Below, in pieces: positions 1-13,952 of a DNA stretch of 64,000 nucleotides (the first letter of the stretch is position 1; each line of letters begins with the position of its first letter). The notes under the pieces are model-generated. The model searched no databases and was not told the DNA's origin. It saw only the letters and a list, made by a program, of their open reading frames with translations. The position numbers and the translations under genes were made by a program. Source of the stretch: Eledone cirrhosa (lineage: Eukaryota); assembly GCA_964016885.1 (NCBI GenBank), contig OZ024755.1, positions 23,498,001 to 23,562,000 on the forward strand, in the 5' to 3' direction.

Positions 1-3000
1 AGACCTTAACATCAGTATGAGTGGCCAGTTACGGCCGGTTTGAACAGAAAGAGGTGAGAGAATTCTGGCCGGACACAACCAGTTTAAATACTAAAAGGTT
101 AAAGTGCTATGTTTACACACCTATATATATTGTATTGTATGTTCTCTCTAATCCCTAAATTTTCTCTCGCTTTTAAAACCAAATTCTGTTCTAATTCTAT
201 TGAAATGCTTGAGAATTTGTCAGTTCTATGAAAAGTCTGTAGTAATTTGAACAAATCATTTAGTTAGAGAAAATGTTATTCCGATATTTACTTAGTGATA
301 ATAGGTTTTTAACCCTTTAGCATTTACATTGCTCTATATTTACTATTGTATTTTCACAGTAAAGGCATAATTATCACATAATTATCTCACATAATAACGA
401 ATTTAGGAGATTTTGATGTTATTTATTTTGAAAACAATACCTTAATGGAGGTATGAGCAGCCAGAATTCTCTCACCTCTTTCTGTTCAAATCGGCCATAA
501 CCGGCTGCTCATACTTATGTTAACGTATTGTTCTCAAAATAAATAATATCAAAATCTCATAGGTTCAATATTATGTGAGATAAAATACAATATTAAATAT
601 GGAGTAATGCAAATGCTAAAGGATTAATACACACCCATGTTCTTATCTTGATATAGTTATGGCAGGTTTAATATACAGATGTTAAATTAAATAATTAATG
701 GTATCCTTTGTATTACAGTTAGAAAAGCGCAAGTCAACAAACAACCTAAAAGTACTTACCTGAAATTAATACTAATATATGAGGAAACTGCTCCTTGGTC
801 GATCACTTACTATAAATAGCCCCCTCCCATGACATCCTATCGTCTTAAATAAGGATACTATCCCTAATATACATCATAGATCTGCTTTAACCCTTTACCA
901 TTTACATTACTCTATATATATATACTATTTCATTTTCATGGTAAAGGCTTTATCTCACATGATATTAAATCTATGAGATTTTGGTATTATTCATTTTGAG
1001 AACAATACCTTAACATCAGTATGAGTGACCAGTTATGGGCAGTTTGAACAGAAAGAGGTGAGAGAATTCTGGCCGGATACGGCTGGTTTAAATGCTAAAT
1101 GGTTAATCAAGGTTAGTCTGGTGTTGAACAATACTTTAAACAGAACACCTTTAGCTGAATGTTGAGGGCTTCTCAATAAACTGATCTGTTTATATTCAGT
1201 AAATTAAAGTAAAGCAAATGTGGTGATGAAACAATATCTCCTTCTCTACTCTGGCCATGGGCCGCCATTTGCTCATAATGAGATGGAGAGCAGGAGAGAC
1301 TGAGGCAGTGCCAGTGGGAATTTGGTTCCTTTGTGTTTGGACCTGGTGTGTATATGTATATATTTCACAAGATACACACTGAGGCAGTGTCGTTATATTT
1401 TCGGCTTTGTTTTTTAATGCTTCCTGTATTAAATATGGTAACACAAAAACATATATAATATAATCAACATATGTAAAACAAGGCAATATTTTAAGTATAA
1501 AGAAACCTAATTTTAAATCAAAAATAATTGTTTTTACTTTTTGGCACAAGGCCAGCGATTTCCCCAGTGCATTACTGGTACTTTATTTTATCAATCCCAT
1601 AAGGATGAAAGACAAAGTTAACCTCGGCGGGATTTGAACTCAGAACGCATGGTGTTTGATGCTTTACTGATACTGTCAATGCACCATAAATAATAGAGTA
1701 CGGTGGAATATGAATAAAGAAAACTTTAGGGCTCTCACATTGAAAAACTATATTTAAGTTGTAAAGATGGAGGTAATGATTTGTAAGTATGGGTGATGAT
1801 ATCTCATTCTGTGACTGATAAGCTGTTTACACACACACACACCATGTTTAGAAATAGAAGCTGAGTGAGGGCAAATGGGTAACATTCAACTGACAAAATG
1901 TGCAGAAAATATCAACTAACTAGCTGTTGTCAGCACTGATCGAACATACCAAGGATCAAATAAGCTCGCAGCCATGACCACCAGTCACTATACAACTTAG
2001 CCAACCTCTACAACATAATCCAGTCCAAGATCCTTTGTATTAAAAGCAGAAAAATGTCTTAGTGAATAATGAAATTACTATTCTCAAAGCTAGGTGTTGG
2101 GATTTAGTTTATTAGGACATAGATAAAAACAGTTTGAAAATATTGAAGAATTCACTACTGCTACTATTGTGCAGGTCTACTGATATAAAAGGTGCAGACC
2201 ATCAAAGTGCAACATGTTACACAAACAAAATATTAATGGAGCCTCTATGTAAACCTACTAGAAACAGCAATGGGATTTTTCTTTTAATTCATACCCTACC
2301 ATTTTAAACGACAAATATAAAATTTCGGATTTGCTACAGTACATTACATTAAAGCAATTTTGTTTTAACCATATTTCTAATGTTACCATATTTCTAATGA
2401 AAGATATTGCCTATAATTTTCAAATAATTCTTAAAACAATTAATAATTTAGAGGGATTTAGTAACATAACAAAATTTCTCATTATTAAGCTGATATTTGG
2501 AGCATATCTTAAAGGTTCTGGCATAAAATTATGATAAATACAAACAGTTTTGTAATGCACAGGTGGTGATCTGATATACTATTTCAATATTTTCGGGTTT
2601 GGCAGGGCATAAGTAATGTTACTTTGGAATTGATGATCTGAATAGAAAGTTGTATGTTGGAAGGAATGTAAAGTAGATGCTAAATAGTACAGCAGCTGGT
2701 ATAATAGTATTGGTGCATGCAGTAATTGGAATACTAAATGGAGAATGTACTAAAAGTTATTCCAAATATTCAAGACAATATTAGTTATGAACAATAACAA
2801 CTGCTCTAGTGGTATTGTTGATGGGGTAGCTATAACATTGTCTTATAATTGGTTCTGTTAAAGCATTATTGTCATTGTTAGTAGTGTGATGTAGTAAGTC
2901 ATCCATAGCTGTTATGTTAGACATATGAATATAAGAGTTTCAAATATGCAAATATCTGTTTATTACTGCACAGTTAATATTACTACTACTAATATAAAGG

Positions 3001-4983
3001 CCAAGTTATCTTTAGGGAAATGAAGATATAATTGTGTATTACCAATGCAAGTGAAGAGAAATTGAAACCAGGTCATAGGTTCAGCCTGCCAACCTTCAGA
3101 AAGTAATAAACAAGTACATTACAATCATTTCTTTTGACTAAACACAATGCTATTTTTGTATAGCTCATTCACTCAAATCCTGCTATCTTATATTGACCTT
3201 GGAGGGAATGAAAACAATGTTGATCAGATATGAAGCCAGAGAAGCCATCCATCCATTGAAACTGAATTTGATATCATGAAGCCAACTTATACCTTATTTT
3301 TAAGTATAGTAGTTATACCACTTATCTTTGTTGAACCACTAAGCTGGGGGACGTATTGTCTATGCAGGGTATTAACAAACAGCACTGCATACTTAAATGA
3401 TGTCATGAAGAAATATATGGAGATAGGCAGACACAGTCTTCTGCAGTTTCCATCTATCAAATTCAATCATAAAGAATTGATGAGCTTGAGGGTATAGCAG
3501 AAGAGACAGTTGCCCAAAGTGCCATGAAATGGGATCAAACCCTAAACCGTATGGTTGCAAAGCAAATATCTTAATCACACAGCCATGCCTGTGCTTATAA
3601 GCTTCACCATAAATATTACCAGTCTAATAATATCTTCCAATACCTGGCTAAGTAAAATTTTCTCAGATTTGTTCCTTCAGAATATGCTGATGGTGTGACA
3701 ATTTTGTTACCATTTTGAAAATAATCAAGAATTTAGTAATATAATATATTTCTCATTATTAAGTTGGTATTTGAGGCTTAACACAAAGATTCTGACATAA
3801 AATTATGATGGAAGAGTTTTAAATAAATATAAACAGTTTCGAAGGGATTTAGTAATATAACTAACTTTCTCATTATTAAGCTGGAGTTTTGAACATAACT
3901 TAACAAAGGTTCTTAGATAAAATTATGACCAAAGATTTTAGATAAATATAAATACTTTCAAATAAACAGTTTTGTATAGAAGAACCAGTGCCAGTTTCAG
4001 ATAGTTTGATATTGAAAGGGTTAACCCTTTAGCATTGAAACCGGCTGTATCCAGCCAGAATTCTTTCACCTATTTCTGTTTAAACTGGCCATAACTGGTA
4101 ACTCTTACTGACATTAAGGTATTGTTCTCAAAATAAATAACATCAAAATCTCATAGATTTGATATTATGTGAGATAATTATTTAAGATAAAGCTTTTACC
4201 ACAAAAATACAATAGTAAATATACAGTAATGTAAATGCTAAAGGGTTAAGACATAGGTGGGTTCTACTGAAGATTTTTTTCGTGTAATGAATCTAAAGCA
4301 AGTTAGCTGGCAAAGGATATCCCTCTCCAAACTATGCTTGAAGCAGAAACTGAGCTCATCACTGCCACCTAATGAAGTATATGATACAAAGTTTTCACTA
4401 TTTACAATGGTAAGCTGTGTCTTTGCATGCTATCAATAAACAACTAGGTAGACTGGATAATAAGAAGGAATTTCTTGAGATAAAGCACAGTGCAGAACCA
4501 GTGATGAGATATGTGCTATCGGGATGATGTCCTATTGACTTGGTTAGCTCTAATTCAATCTTTAGATAAGATGGACTGCATTATAAAACGCACACTCTAA
4601 GTAAGGCACTAATTATCTTATTCCACTCTAATTCACTTCCATTTTTATCATAGTTGTAAAAACGAAATCTAAGAATATATCTATTTTATAAATACATCCA
4701 AATATTCTACAGTAAATGTACAGAAATGGGAAACAAAATTGTTTTACTGCATATTGTGAAGGACGAAGTTAATTGTGTATTTTTATGAACTAGAATTTTT
4801 TTCAATACACTGACGCATATGTGTGTGTGCATACATTTATATGTATGAGTATATAAATATAAACGTGCAAGCACAGACACACAAAATTACAGCCATACAT
4901 TTACACAAACACAAACATTGTGTGACAGATGGAAGTCACTCAAATTTATATATAAACGTCATCCAAAATGACTGCCATTACTT

Positions 4984-5211
4984 TTAACCCTTTCATGACC
5001 ATATTTCTAATGAAATACACTATTTCAATTAGTTAATGAAGAATTTATTAAAATTATCAATTATTTCATTACTAAGATAGTAACTTAATGTAAGGTTCTT
5101 ATATAAAATTATGTGGGAAGATTTTAATTTAAATTGAAAGCTTTTAAAATGGGTGATTTTATTCCATAGAAACAGAGCTGGTTTTGGTTGGGTCGGTAAC
5201 AAAAGGGTTAA
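4984..5211. mobile_element. TTAA/piggyBac-type MITE family 2, representative copy
   Basis: TTAA|CCCTTTCATGACC ... GGTAACAAAAGGG|TTAA. Related copies at about 2363-2545, 3700-4024, 18815-18959, 27850-28022 and 53277-53495. Confidence 0.75.
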
Positions 5212-6409
5212 ATGATGCTAAAATAGTATAGTATAGTTCTTCTTCACAATACAGTTATGGTAGATAGAAGCCCAGTTAGAAAAGGATTTCTTTAGAGATA
5301 AATTTAACCCTTTAGCATTTAAACCAGCCAGAATTTCCTCACCTCTTTTTGTTCAAACTGGCTGTTCGTAGTGATATTAAGGTATTGTTCTCAAAATAAA
5401 TAACATCAAAATCTCATAGATTCAATATTATGTGAGATAATTATGTAAGATAAAGCCTTTGCCACAAAAATACCATAGTATATATAGAGTAATGTAAATG
5501 TTAAAGGGGTAAACATGTTAAAAATTAAAGACAAATATTCTTTTCTCTCCAAAATGTGGAGCGATTCTTTCCAGGTAATAAGAACCACGAGGAGTGTAAA
5601 ATGTACAAGATTTATGATGCAGTCTAAGAAATACTGTACTATTGAGAGTGAGACAAGTAGAGTATGCCTATATTGCAACTCTTCTGACTATTTTGTTATT
5701 TGTTATCTGTGAAGCTTAGCATCTAGGGATTCAACTTGCTTTTCTTAGTTAAGATTTACTTGGATAGAAAAAAATATAATGTTCTTGATTAACACGAGGG
5801 AGTCTGTGGCGACAGTTTAAATAACTGAAAGACTTATCTTTAAGTAAGTATTAACCGTCATTTTTAGATATGAGATCTCTATTACTAGCCCATTTGTGCA
5901 GCAAGCAGAACTCATGTTATTTCCATTTTTTGGTTACTCCTACTGTTTCCTATGTGAAGGTATACTCCAAAATTTACAACACAGATTGCAGTGACATATC
6001 AAAGAAATAACAAAAGAATATATACACCAGTCTAATGAAGAATATATTTATAGAATTAACAGTATTAACATCTGCAGAGTTATATATATATATTAATCTC
6101 ATCCTATGGACAGTGCTGCTCTTACCCTTGAATATTTCTACCAAACTTTTATTACGGTATATATATATATATCATCATCTTCGTTTAACGTCCATCTTCC
6201 ACGCTAGCATGGGTTAGATGGGAGTTGTCCCACTTGAGGCAAGGTTGGTCGGGTGACTGTGTCTCGCTCATATAGGACTATCTGGCAGGTTTTCTACGGC
6301 TGGGTGCCCTTCCTAACACCAACCACATTTACAGTGAGTGCTTTTTACCGTGTTACCTACACGGTATATATATATGTATATTATATACACACACACACAC
6401 ATATATATA

Positions 6410-6730
6410 TCATCTGAGAAAGGTCCAGAACATATCCTGGAGAACAGATGTAGCAAATAAATCGCTCTATGACTCACACCCTCGCCTTTCTGACATCATA
6501 AGGCACAGGAGGCTGCATTAGCCGAACATATGAAACGCCACAAAGAACCTGTTGGCAGAGTTCTTTTCTGGAAACCTGATACATGCAGACGAGTTGGGAG
6601 ACCAACCATCATGCTGAAGGATGTTCCTGAAGATGACACTGGGTTGGAGGCTGGGGAAATTCAGATGCTAATGCTAGACAAGGTGAGCTGGAGGGGGAAC
6701 ATTGTTATGGTACTGGTAATGGATGTATAG
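6410..6730 (+). mobile_element. LINE 3' fragment (RTE-like)
   Basis: RHKEPVGRVLFWKP..RRVGRPT..MLDKVSWR, a typical RTE-type C-terminus. Confidence 0.65.
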
Positions 6731-8752
6731 AAGAATCATCATATTATATAATTCTTACATCTACTTTTCCATGCCGGCATGAGTTGCACAGGATGTTTTG
6801 AGACAAAGTTTTGCAGCCGGATGCCCTTCCAGACACTAACTCTTTTAGTCGTCCCTTATTCTAAAACCTGGGATATACATTATCATCAGTTACTGTATAT
6901 TCTTTTCCTGCACTTGAAATATACCTTTAGGTCTTTCAAATCAAGGTCTTTCTAGATTTTAAGCTTTCAAAGTATATGTGTATATTCATATGCATTAAAT
7001 AGCGTACTCTGGAGAAATGACTCCAGTTAGTGAAAATATGACCTAAAATACAATTTTCTTGTTGAGCTCCAGCACGATAAAAGTTAAAAATGGATCTTGT
7101 TAACGTGTTGAAAATAAACAATGAAGATATGAATAACCACTGATGTAAATTTAGGGCAATTTTGATGAAATTATTAAAAGCATTGATTTGAAAAAAAACT
7201 GGACATTGAAATGAAGGAGAGTAGGGTTTGTCAACAATTTCATATAATCCATGCCCTCAACCTCATGTCATGTGTGTTGGCATAATTATATAGATGTCTC
7301 TAACTCTTTAAAATTTATACACAATGGATTTCTTATGTCAGTCATGTTCCAACAAAAGAAGTATGTTTTCCCATCCTGAGTTCTAACACTACATTTCCTG
7401 TAAATATTTATTTCTCTAAAATTACTCATACATTTAATCATGTGTGTCATTTGTACATATGTGCTGATTATTGGGATTATTTTATAAAAATAAGTTATTA
7501 AAATATCATACATAAACTATAAGTTTTCTTTTATGCACACCATGAAATTATTAAAATGCAAATTTCCCCAGTTTGTATGATCCTTCATATATCCAGTTAT
7601 CCTGATATATATGGCAACCAATCCTCGACTAAAAAAAATTAAATATATTCAACACTATTGCTTTCATTATTGACGGCACTAGTCCACTAATTTAATATAA
7701 AATGTACTGTAAATTGGTTTCTGAAAAGCAATTTTTTTTTATACAAAGTAGCAAGCACATTATTTGGAATTCCTTGGCTTTATGGTGAATGTATATTTCT
7801 GAAAGTTGAAAAAATATTTTGAGAAGGTATTTATGGACAAAAAAACAATTCTCACAAAAAAGGAAACTCTGTCATAGCTACCCAGAAGATAATATTTCTA
7901 GTTTTAGAGATATCTTTTTTGTCCCTGTTTAATCAGGTCACAAATATAAAAGGAAAATATCAAAAAGACATTGAGAAGAAAGTTACATATGTTTGTAATT
8001 ATCCGTAAAACTTTTTTTTATAATCCTACATCCATTTTTATGTTCTCTATAACACCCATGATGTTATGGCACCTACATATTAGGGCCAGCCTGGTTTTAC
8101 TGAGCAGAACATATGAAATCAGTCAGTGTCATATAATCTATAAGTATTCATTAATGAAAATTGTTCTGAAAGTGAGTATTTCTTGAAATATTTACTAAAG
8201 ATTTCTTTACGTTGGTACAAAGACACTTAAAATATGTGAAATTGTTCTGAAATATTTCTTTACAATAATACAAAGACAGAATTTCAAAACCATTTCATGT
8301 TATGGATAAACAAAAAATGGAGCATGAGTCCCCAAGAAACAAAAAGTAATGAGGAAAGAGATGATCTAACCTCTTCAGTGCCGTGGATGAGATAACTCAT
8401 CCTAACATGTATGCACTCCAGTGCCATGGACAAGATAACTCGTTTCCAACATTATATAACTTCATTTTACTGAAAAAAAAGGCCAGCACAGCAACTGTAG
8501 CTGTGTAAAAATCTGTGGCAGTCAACAGGTTAAAAGGGTTTTTCCCTTCTATATTTGTTAACAGTACTTATGGAATATTTATTTATTTAGATTGTACCAA
8601 TATACAAATCAACTCTATACAGAAAATATGCAAGCAATATAAAAGGAAGATAAATCACATTTATTTGCTTAAAGTTTTTTCTGTCTGCAAATAATCTCTC
8701 TTGTTCACAATCATTTTGTTATGCCTTGTCAGTTGTTCTTTGATCATTATTA

Positions 8753-8789
8753 ATGGAGGAGAAATCCTATCTAGCATTTATAACCATAG
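8753..8789 (+). CDS. Candidate start/signal-peptide exon of the nested gene (MEEKSYLAFITI|A)
   Basis: ATG at 8753, donor ATAG|GTTTGT in phase 1. Joined to exon A it gives MEEKSYLAFITIAVSLCHA-DSC, a plausible 19-aa signal peptide. A pyrimidine-rich acceptor ends at about 8732. The donor is weak and other candidates exist. Confidence 0.3.
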
Positions 8790-10516
8790 GTTTGTAAGTA
8801 CTATCTTCTTATTTACACAAGAACAACAAAATAACATTTGATATTTATTGTCTATGGAAGCTGAAGAAAACATTTCTAAGAGTCTAAGGTTTCTTCTCGA
8901 GTTGATTTTGACGATATTTTATGTTGTCACAAACAGAATTCAGGACAAAGAATGCTTTGATATGAATTTGAAAATTCCCATTGCTCTGTTTTACATGGAT
9001 TTAAATGAAGAGTATATTCGGTATTGCAAGAAGAATAGGATCATTAAAATTAGGTTTTCCCCAGTTTACAATGGCCATTAACCCACACCATTTAAGCTAG
9101 CCATATGCAGCCAGAATTATCTCACCTCTTTCTGTTAAAACCAGCTGTAACTGGCTGCTAACACTGACATTAAGGTAGTGTTCTCAAAATAAATAACATC
9201 AAAATCTCGTAGATTCGATATTATGTGAGATAGTTATGTAAGATAAAGCCTTTACCACAAAACTACAATAGTATATACAGAGTAATGCTAAAGGGTTAAA
9301 ATTTAACAATTTTATGATTAATTTTTCTTTTAAATCAAAAATATTTCAGGTCTCCATATTTGGTTGTGCTTTACACTAACCATTCTTTACCTATGTCATC
9401 ATCAACAGCATGATCCTATGATCCTCATTTAATGTCTGTTTTCTCTGCAAGCAAGTTAGTATTCAAGAGGAACTACTGGCCTCTCGGATGGGCTGGGGGC
9501 CTGCATCAAGCTTACATACATTCACAGCACTGGGGAGGTTATCATGTCTTTGACACAGCTAAAGAGACCTCCCCATTCTTTGTTTGGCAGGTTTTCTATA
9601 GCTGGATGCCCTTCCTATCAACAGCAACTTTACATGTGTATTCTGAATGTTGGTCTTTTCCTCACTACAAGTAAAACTACTTTGACATTTTGCTCATCAC
9701 TTTTGAACTGAACAATTAATTTCAATGACTCTGAAAACCAAACTACCTCCATGTAATTTGATAATCATCACAAGAGTGATTTATAATTGAAAGAAATCAT
9801 CAGTTCCAAAGAAGTTAAATAACTTGTATGTAGGTTATAACTTTGAAAGTGTTGCATACATATAGCTGCTGTCAGTAGATGAGATGATAATGGTTAAAAA
9901 GGAAAGCTTGTTCAGGCATTTAAAATTATTCTTATGCTCTAGCTAAAATGTCAAGATATTTAATTTTATGGATGTTGCCCATGACAGAAGAAGAAGAAAG
10001 ACATGGAAAGGTAGAGAGGTGATGGCTGAGGATAATATAATTGTTTCTACTTTTGCACAAGGCCAGCAATTACCCAGTACATTACTGGTACTTTATTTTA
10101 CCGACCACATAAGGATGAAAAGCAAAGTTAACCTCGGCGGGACGTAACTATGCTGGAAAGCATGGCGTCCGACTCTCTACCGATACTGCCAATCCACAGA
10201 TAATATAATGCAGAATTGTGAGGACTGTCTTTATGACATATTACAAACCAACCCAACCCACGCTGACAGAAAATCTGAATCAGATGTTTTGATATCTCAA
10301 TAGAGGGATTGAAACTAAACACAGTGATTGGCGAAATTTCAAGAATGATTATCTTATAAGAACAGGCAACTCCAAATATCTATAAATTAGGTTTTGATGT
10401 TAGCATATTAAATATGCTTTTATCCCAAAGCACATCTTTATTTGGATTAGTTCCAGGGATTTAAAAGAATAACTGAAATTTCAATTTGAATGACGGATTT
10501 AAATCAAGTGTTTACA

Positions 10517-10727
10517 TTAACCCTTTAGCATTTAAACCGGCTGTATCCGGCCAGAATTCTCTGGCCTTAACTGGTCACTGATATTGATGTTAGGTATTGT
10601 TCTCGAAATAAATAACATCATCAAAATCTTGTTGATTCGATATTATGTGAGATAATTGTGTAAGATAAAGCCTTTACTGCGAAAATACAATAGTATATAT
10701 AGAGTAATGTAAATGCTAAAGGGTTAA
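10517..10727. mobile_element. TTAA/piggyBac-type MITE family 1 (about 210-240 bp), representative copy
   Basis: TTAA|CCCTTTAGCATTTA ... TAAATGCTAAAGGG|TTAA (14-bp TIR, TTAA TSD). Other full or partial copies at about 1-102, 309-627, 887-1106, 4021-4249, 5304-5512, 9079-9299, 11545-11773, 13247-13439, 14705-14930, 15700-15793, 17815-18032, 20130-20307, 26071-26286, 29522-29720, 34115-34328, 36340-36464, 37274-37455, 39070-39282, 48781-49002, 49640-49869, 52824-53034, 54005-54180 and 55397-55600. Confidence 0.9.
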
Positions 10728-11771
10728 TGTTTAGACATAATGAAATTTTCATTCAACTATATTTTAGTTTCCATCAACTCTGACAGCTTCAAATTGAAAG
10801 ATTGATTTATCAGTTGGGCCAAGTCTATGTTCATTTGTTTACTTTCAGTTAATATGTGTGTGTAAGTGGATTTGAACTCAGAACATACAGGGTTGTAACT
10901 GAATGCTGAAAGCATTTTGTCCAATGCTTTAACGATTCTGCTAATTCACCACTCTTACGTAACTAATAATAAGTCACTATTTTATAGAAATTAAAAACAT
11001 TCCAAGCGAAATAGTAAACACATCACATGATTTGTAATGACTCAGATTAATATGTAACCAAAAACTATTTCTCTTAGCTATATAATCAATCTATCTACGA
11101 AATTGTAAACGAATATACAGATTGACTAAACTATAACTTTCTCCTTAGATTAGATATAAGAAATCCTAGTTAGACAAAATAAGATATTTATTGCTGCTTT
11201 GAGATAACAAGAAGTTGCTGTGTTGATACAAAAGTATACTCTATAGGTTAGTAATTTTTCAGTTAGAATAGCAATGTGGCAGATTTTCTTATAAAAAATA
11301 ATAATGGTTTCTGATTTAGCCTCAAGACCAGCAACTGTACCTAAATCAGAAATCTTTATCATTATTTTTCTATATAAATCTACCATTTGTTAACATTAAT
11401 TAGTGAAGAGAAAAAGACCTCAGTTAGTTTTGATGGTATGTTCCAGTTGTTCAGTGGCTAACAGAACCACCTACTCATTAAATGAACATGTAAGTGGATG
11501 TATATTCTACAATCACATGTATCACTAATGTAAATTACCAAGATTTAACCCTTTAGCATTTACATTACTCTATATTTACTATTGTATTTTTGTGGTAAAG
11601 GTTTTATTTTATATAATTATTTCACATAATGTTGAGCCTACGAGATTTTGGGATTATTTATTTTGAGAAGAATACCTTAATGTCGGTATGAGGGGCTAGT
11701 TACGGCCGATTTGAACAGAAAGTAGGGAGAGAATTCTGGTCGGATATGGCTGGTTTAAATGCTAAAGGGTT

Positions 11772-11975
11772 AACACAATGTATGGCAATTTTACACAGAG
11801 AGCTAAGATTGAGACTTCAGTAAAAGACCGAGAGTTAACATAATGCGTGACAATTTTACACACAGAGCTAGGGTTGACTTGAGGCTACAGTAAGAGACCA
11901 ACGAGATTTAACACAATGCGTGACAATTTTACACAGAGAGAGAGCTAGGGTTGACTTGAGGCTACCGTACAAGAC
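11772..11975. repeat. Tandem triplication, unit about 65-75 bp
   Basis: Three copies of ACACAATGCGTGACAATTTTACACAGAGAGCTAGGGTTGACTTGAGGCTACAGTA. Confidence 0.8.
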
Positions 11976-13912
11976 ACTTCCTCAAAATGCCAAACAGCAG
12001 AACTGAACATATAACATCATAATTGTGAAGCAAACTTCTTAATCATTTGGCTATACTGCAACCACATGACTGAATTAAAAGTTTAATGTTAGACATTATA
12101 AGCTTCAAATTAAGACAAAAAAGAGAAACAGTTCTATTGAAGAGACCTATGTAATGCCTCAAGTGAAAGAAGAGTCTTATAGTGTTTTTTATTCTTTTCT
12201 GTTAGTTCCCATGACAATAATTTTAATACTTCAAAAATAAAAGTGCCGCTGTTTATATAAAATATTCTACTCTTCTAACTTATTCACCATTTTCAAAAAT
12301 TGTAAACAAGAATGCCACAACACTCCAGGCTGAATAACAAGTCTCTCGTCTTGATTTTTTTGGTTAATCCTACAATATTTATAAATAAATCCTCCCTTCT
12401 GGTATATCTCAAATGTAATATAATAAGTGTGTTACTATATGTTATAGTTTTAGTAATATGCTGGATATGTGTGGCTTAGTGGTTAGAACATTGGGCTCAC
12501 AATTGTAGGGTTGTGAGTTCAATTCCCAAACCAGACACTGTGTTGTATCCTTGAGCTTTATTTCATGTTGCTCCACTTCACTCAGCTGGGAAAAATGAGT
12601 TGTGACTTCATTGGTGCCAAGCTGTATTAGACTTTTCCTTTTCCTTGGACGACATTGGTGGTATGGAGAAGGGAGATGGTATGCATGGGCTTGTGCCTCA
12701 GAGCAAAACCTCCTAGGTGCAAATCCATGGTCATTTCATGGTCAAAGAAGACCTACAATTATTCATAATTCAACAGCTATGCTATGTCTGAAAATATGTT
12801 GGGATGGTCATAACTTGATCATTGATCAGTGCTGACCTGGGGATAAAAAAAGGCTACATCACGAGTTAAAAGCCAGAAGACAATGGCTATAAATGTTCAG
12901 GTGTTAAAAATGGATTAACTTTTTATCACTTTAGAATTTATAAAGTGAACAAAAGCAAAATGCTATCTTTTGTAGTTATTTATTTTTAAGAAGAAAATTA
13001 CTCTTACCACCCCACAAAAAAAAAACAAAGAAATCAGCTGGCTTTTAAATATCTGAGAAGGAATGAGTCATTATGTTTGTTATTTCTAAACATCTCTAGA
13101 TTATTTTGTGTTAACATTCAAGTATGAAGCTTTTCATTAAATTACAGAAAATAATGAAGGTTGAATGAACTAAATTTGATTAGAAGAGACATTGTTTTTC
13201 ATATAATGAAAAATGTAAAGGTTTTGGAGATAAAAAAAAAACAACTTAACCCTTTAACATTTAAACTGGCTGTATCTGGCTAGAATTCCCTCACCTCTTT
13301 CTGTTCAAAATAGCTGTAACTAGCCACTTATACTGATGTATTTGTATTGTTCTCAAAATAAATTTTATCAAAATCTCAAAGCTTTTTATGACAAAAATAC
13401 AATAGTAAATATAGAGTAATGTGAACGCTAAAGGGCTAAGGCGGTACACATTAAAAATCTAAAATACCAATGAAAAATTAAATTTTAGTTGAATTTTAAA
13501 AACTATTCATAACATGTTTCAGGAAGGGCATCCAACTGTAGAAAACTAGCCAAACAAAACGTCAAGAGGACTCCTTAATGGCCACCTCCCCAGTGCTGGT
13601 ACTATGATAAAATGTACCTTGTAGAGAAGTCATGGACTACCTGCAGCCCGTTTAGCTTTGTGAAAGGCATGCCTAATTTCAAAATTGACTTGAATTTTTT
13701 TAATAGTGCGGCTCACCTTATAAAGAGCCACATTCTATGTGACCCACTGCTTGAAAAAAGTTGCCCATGCCTGTTGTAGAGTGTGGGAAGGCATGTAAGC
13801 AAGATGTATTCCATGCCCTCCTCCCCCAACCTATCTGAGAGCTCAGTAGCTATAATTAAGTAGTGACTAGAGAACCTACCCAACCCTTTCTAACAGGGAA
13901 AATGGATGTTAA

Positions 13913-13952
<40 letters not shown>

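Noticed and set aside
781-800. GACCAAGGA (DQG) on the minus strand, resembling the expected LVTDQGF exon
   Set aside because: The flanking codons do not match (DQGAVS) and the segment borders a SINE-like repeat.
1196-1549. 117-aa minus-strand ORF as a possible downstream MINDY exon
   Set aside because: No MINDY motif. Its core (acatatacaccaggtcc.aaca.aaaggaaccaaa) recurs at about 54700-54790, so it is a dispersed repeat.
3276-3497. ORF starting MKPTYTLFLSIVVIPLIF as the signal-peptide exon of the nested gene
   Set aside because: It overlaps SINE-like sequence and has no convincing phase-1 donor after the hydrophobic stretch.
11149-11246. Exon-like segment (ctttctccttAG ... ctatag|GTTAGT) on the plus strand
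   Set aside because: No ATG and no usable coding frame. It could be a 5' UTR exon of the nested gene, which would conflict with the 8753 candidate, but it cannot be supported without transcripts.
12467-12540. tRNA-like sequences (also at 16843-16910 and 38780-38850)
   Set aside because: Degenerate A/B-box heads of SINEs that continue into SINE bodies; no intact cloverleaf.
13913-13952. Poly-Met / poly-Ser ORFs
   Set aside because: (ATG)n microsatellite tail of a retroposon.
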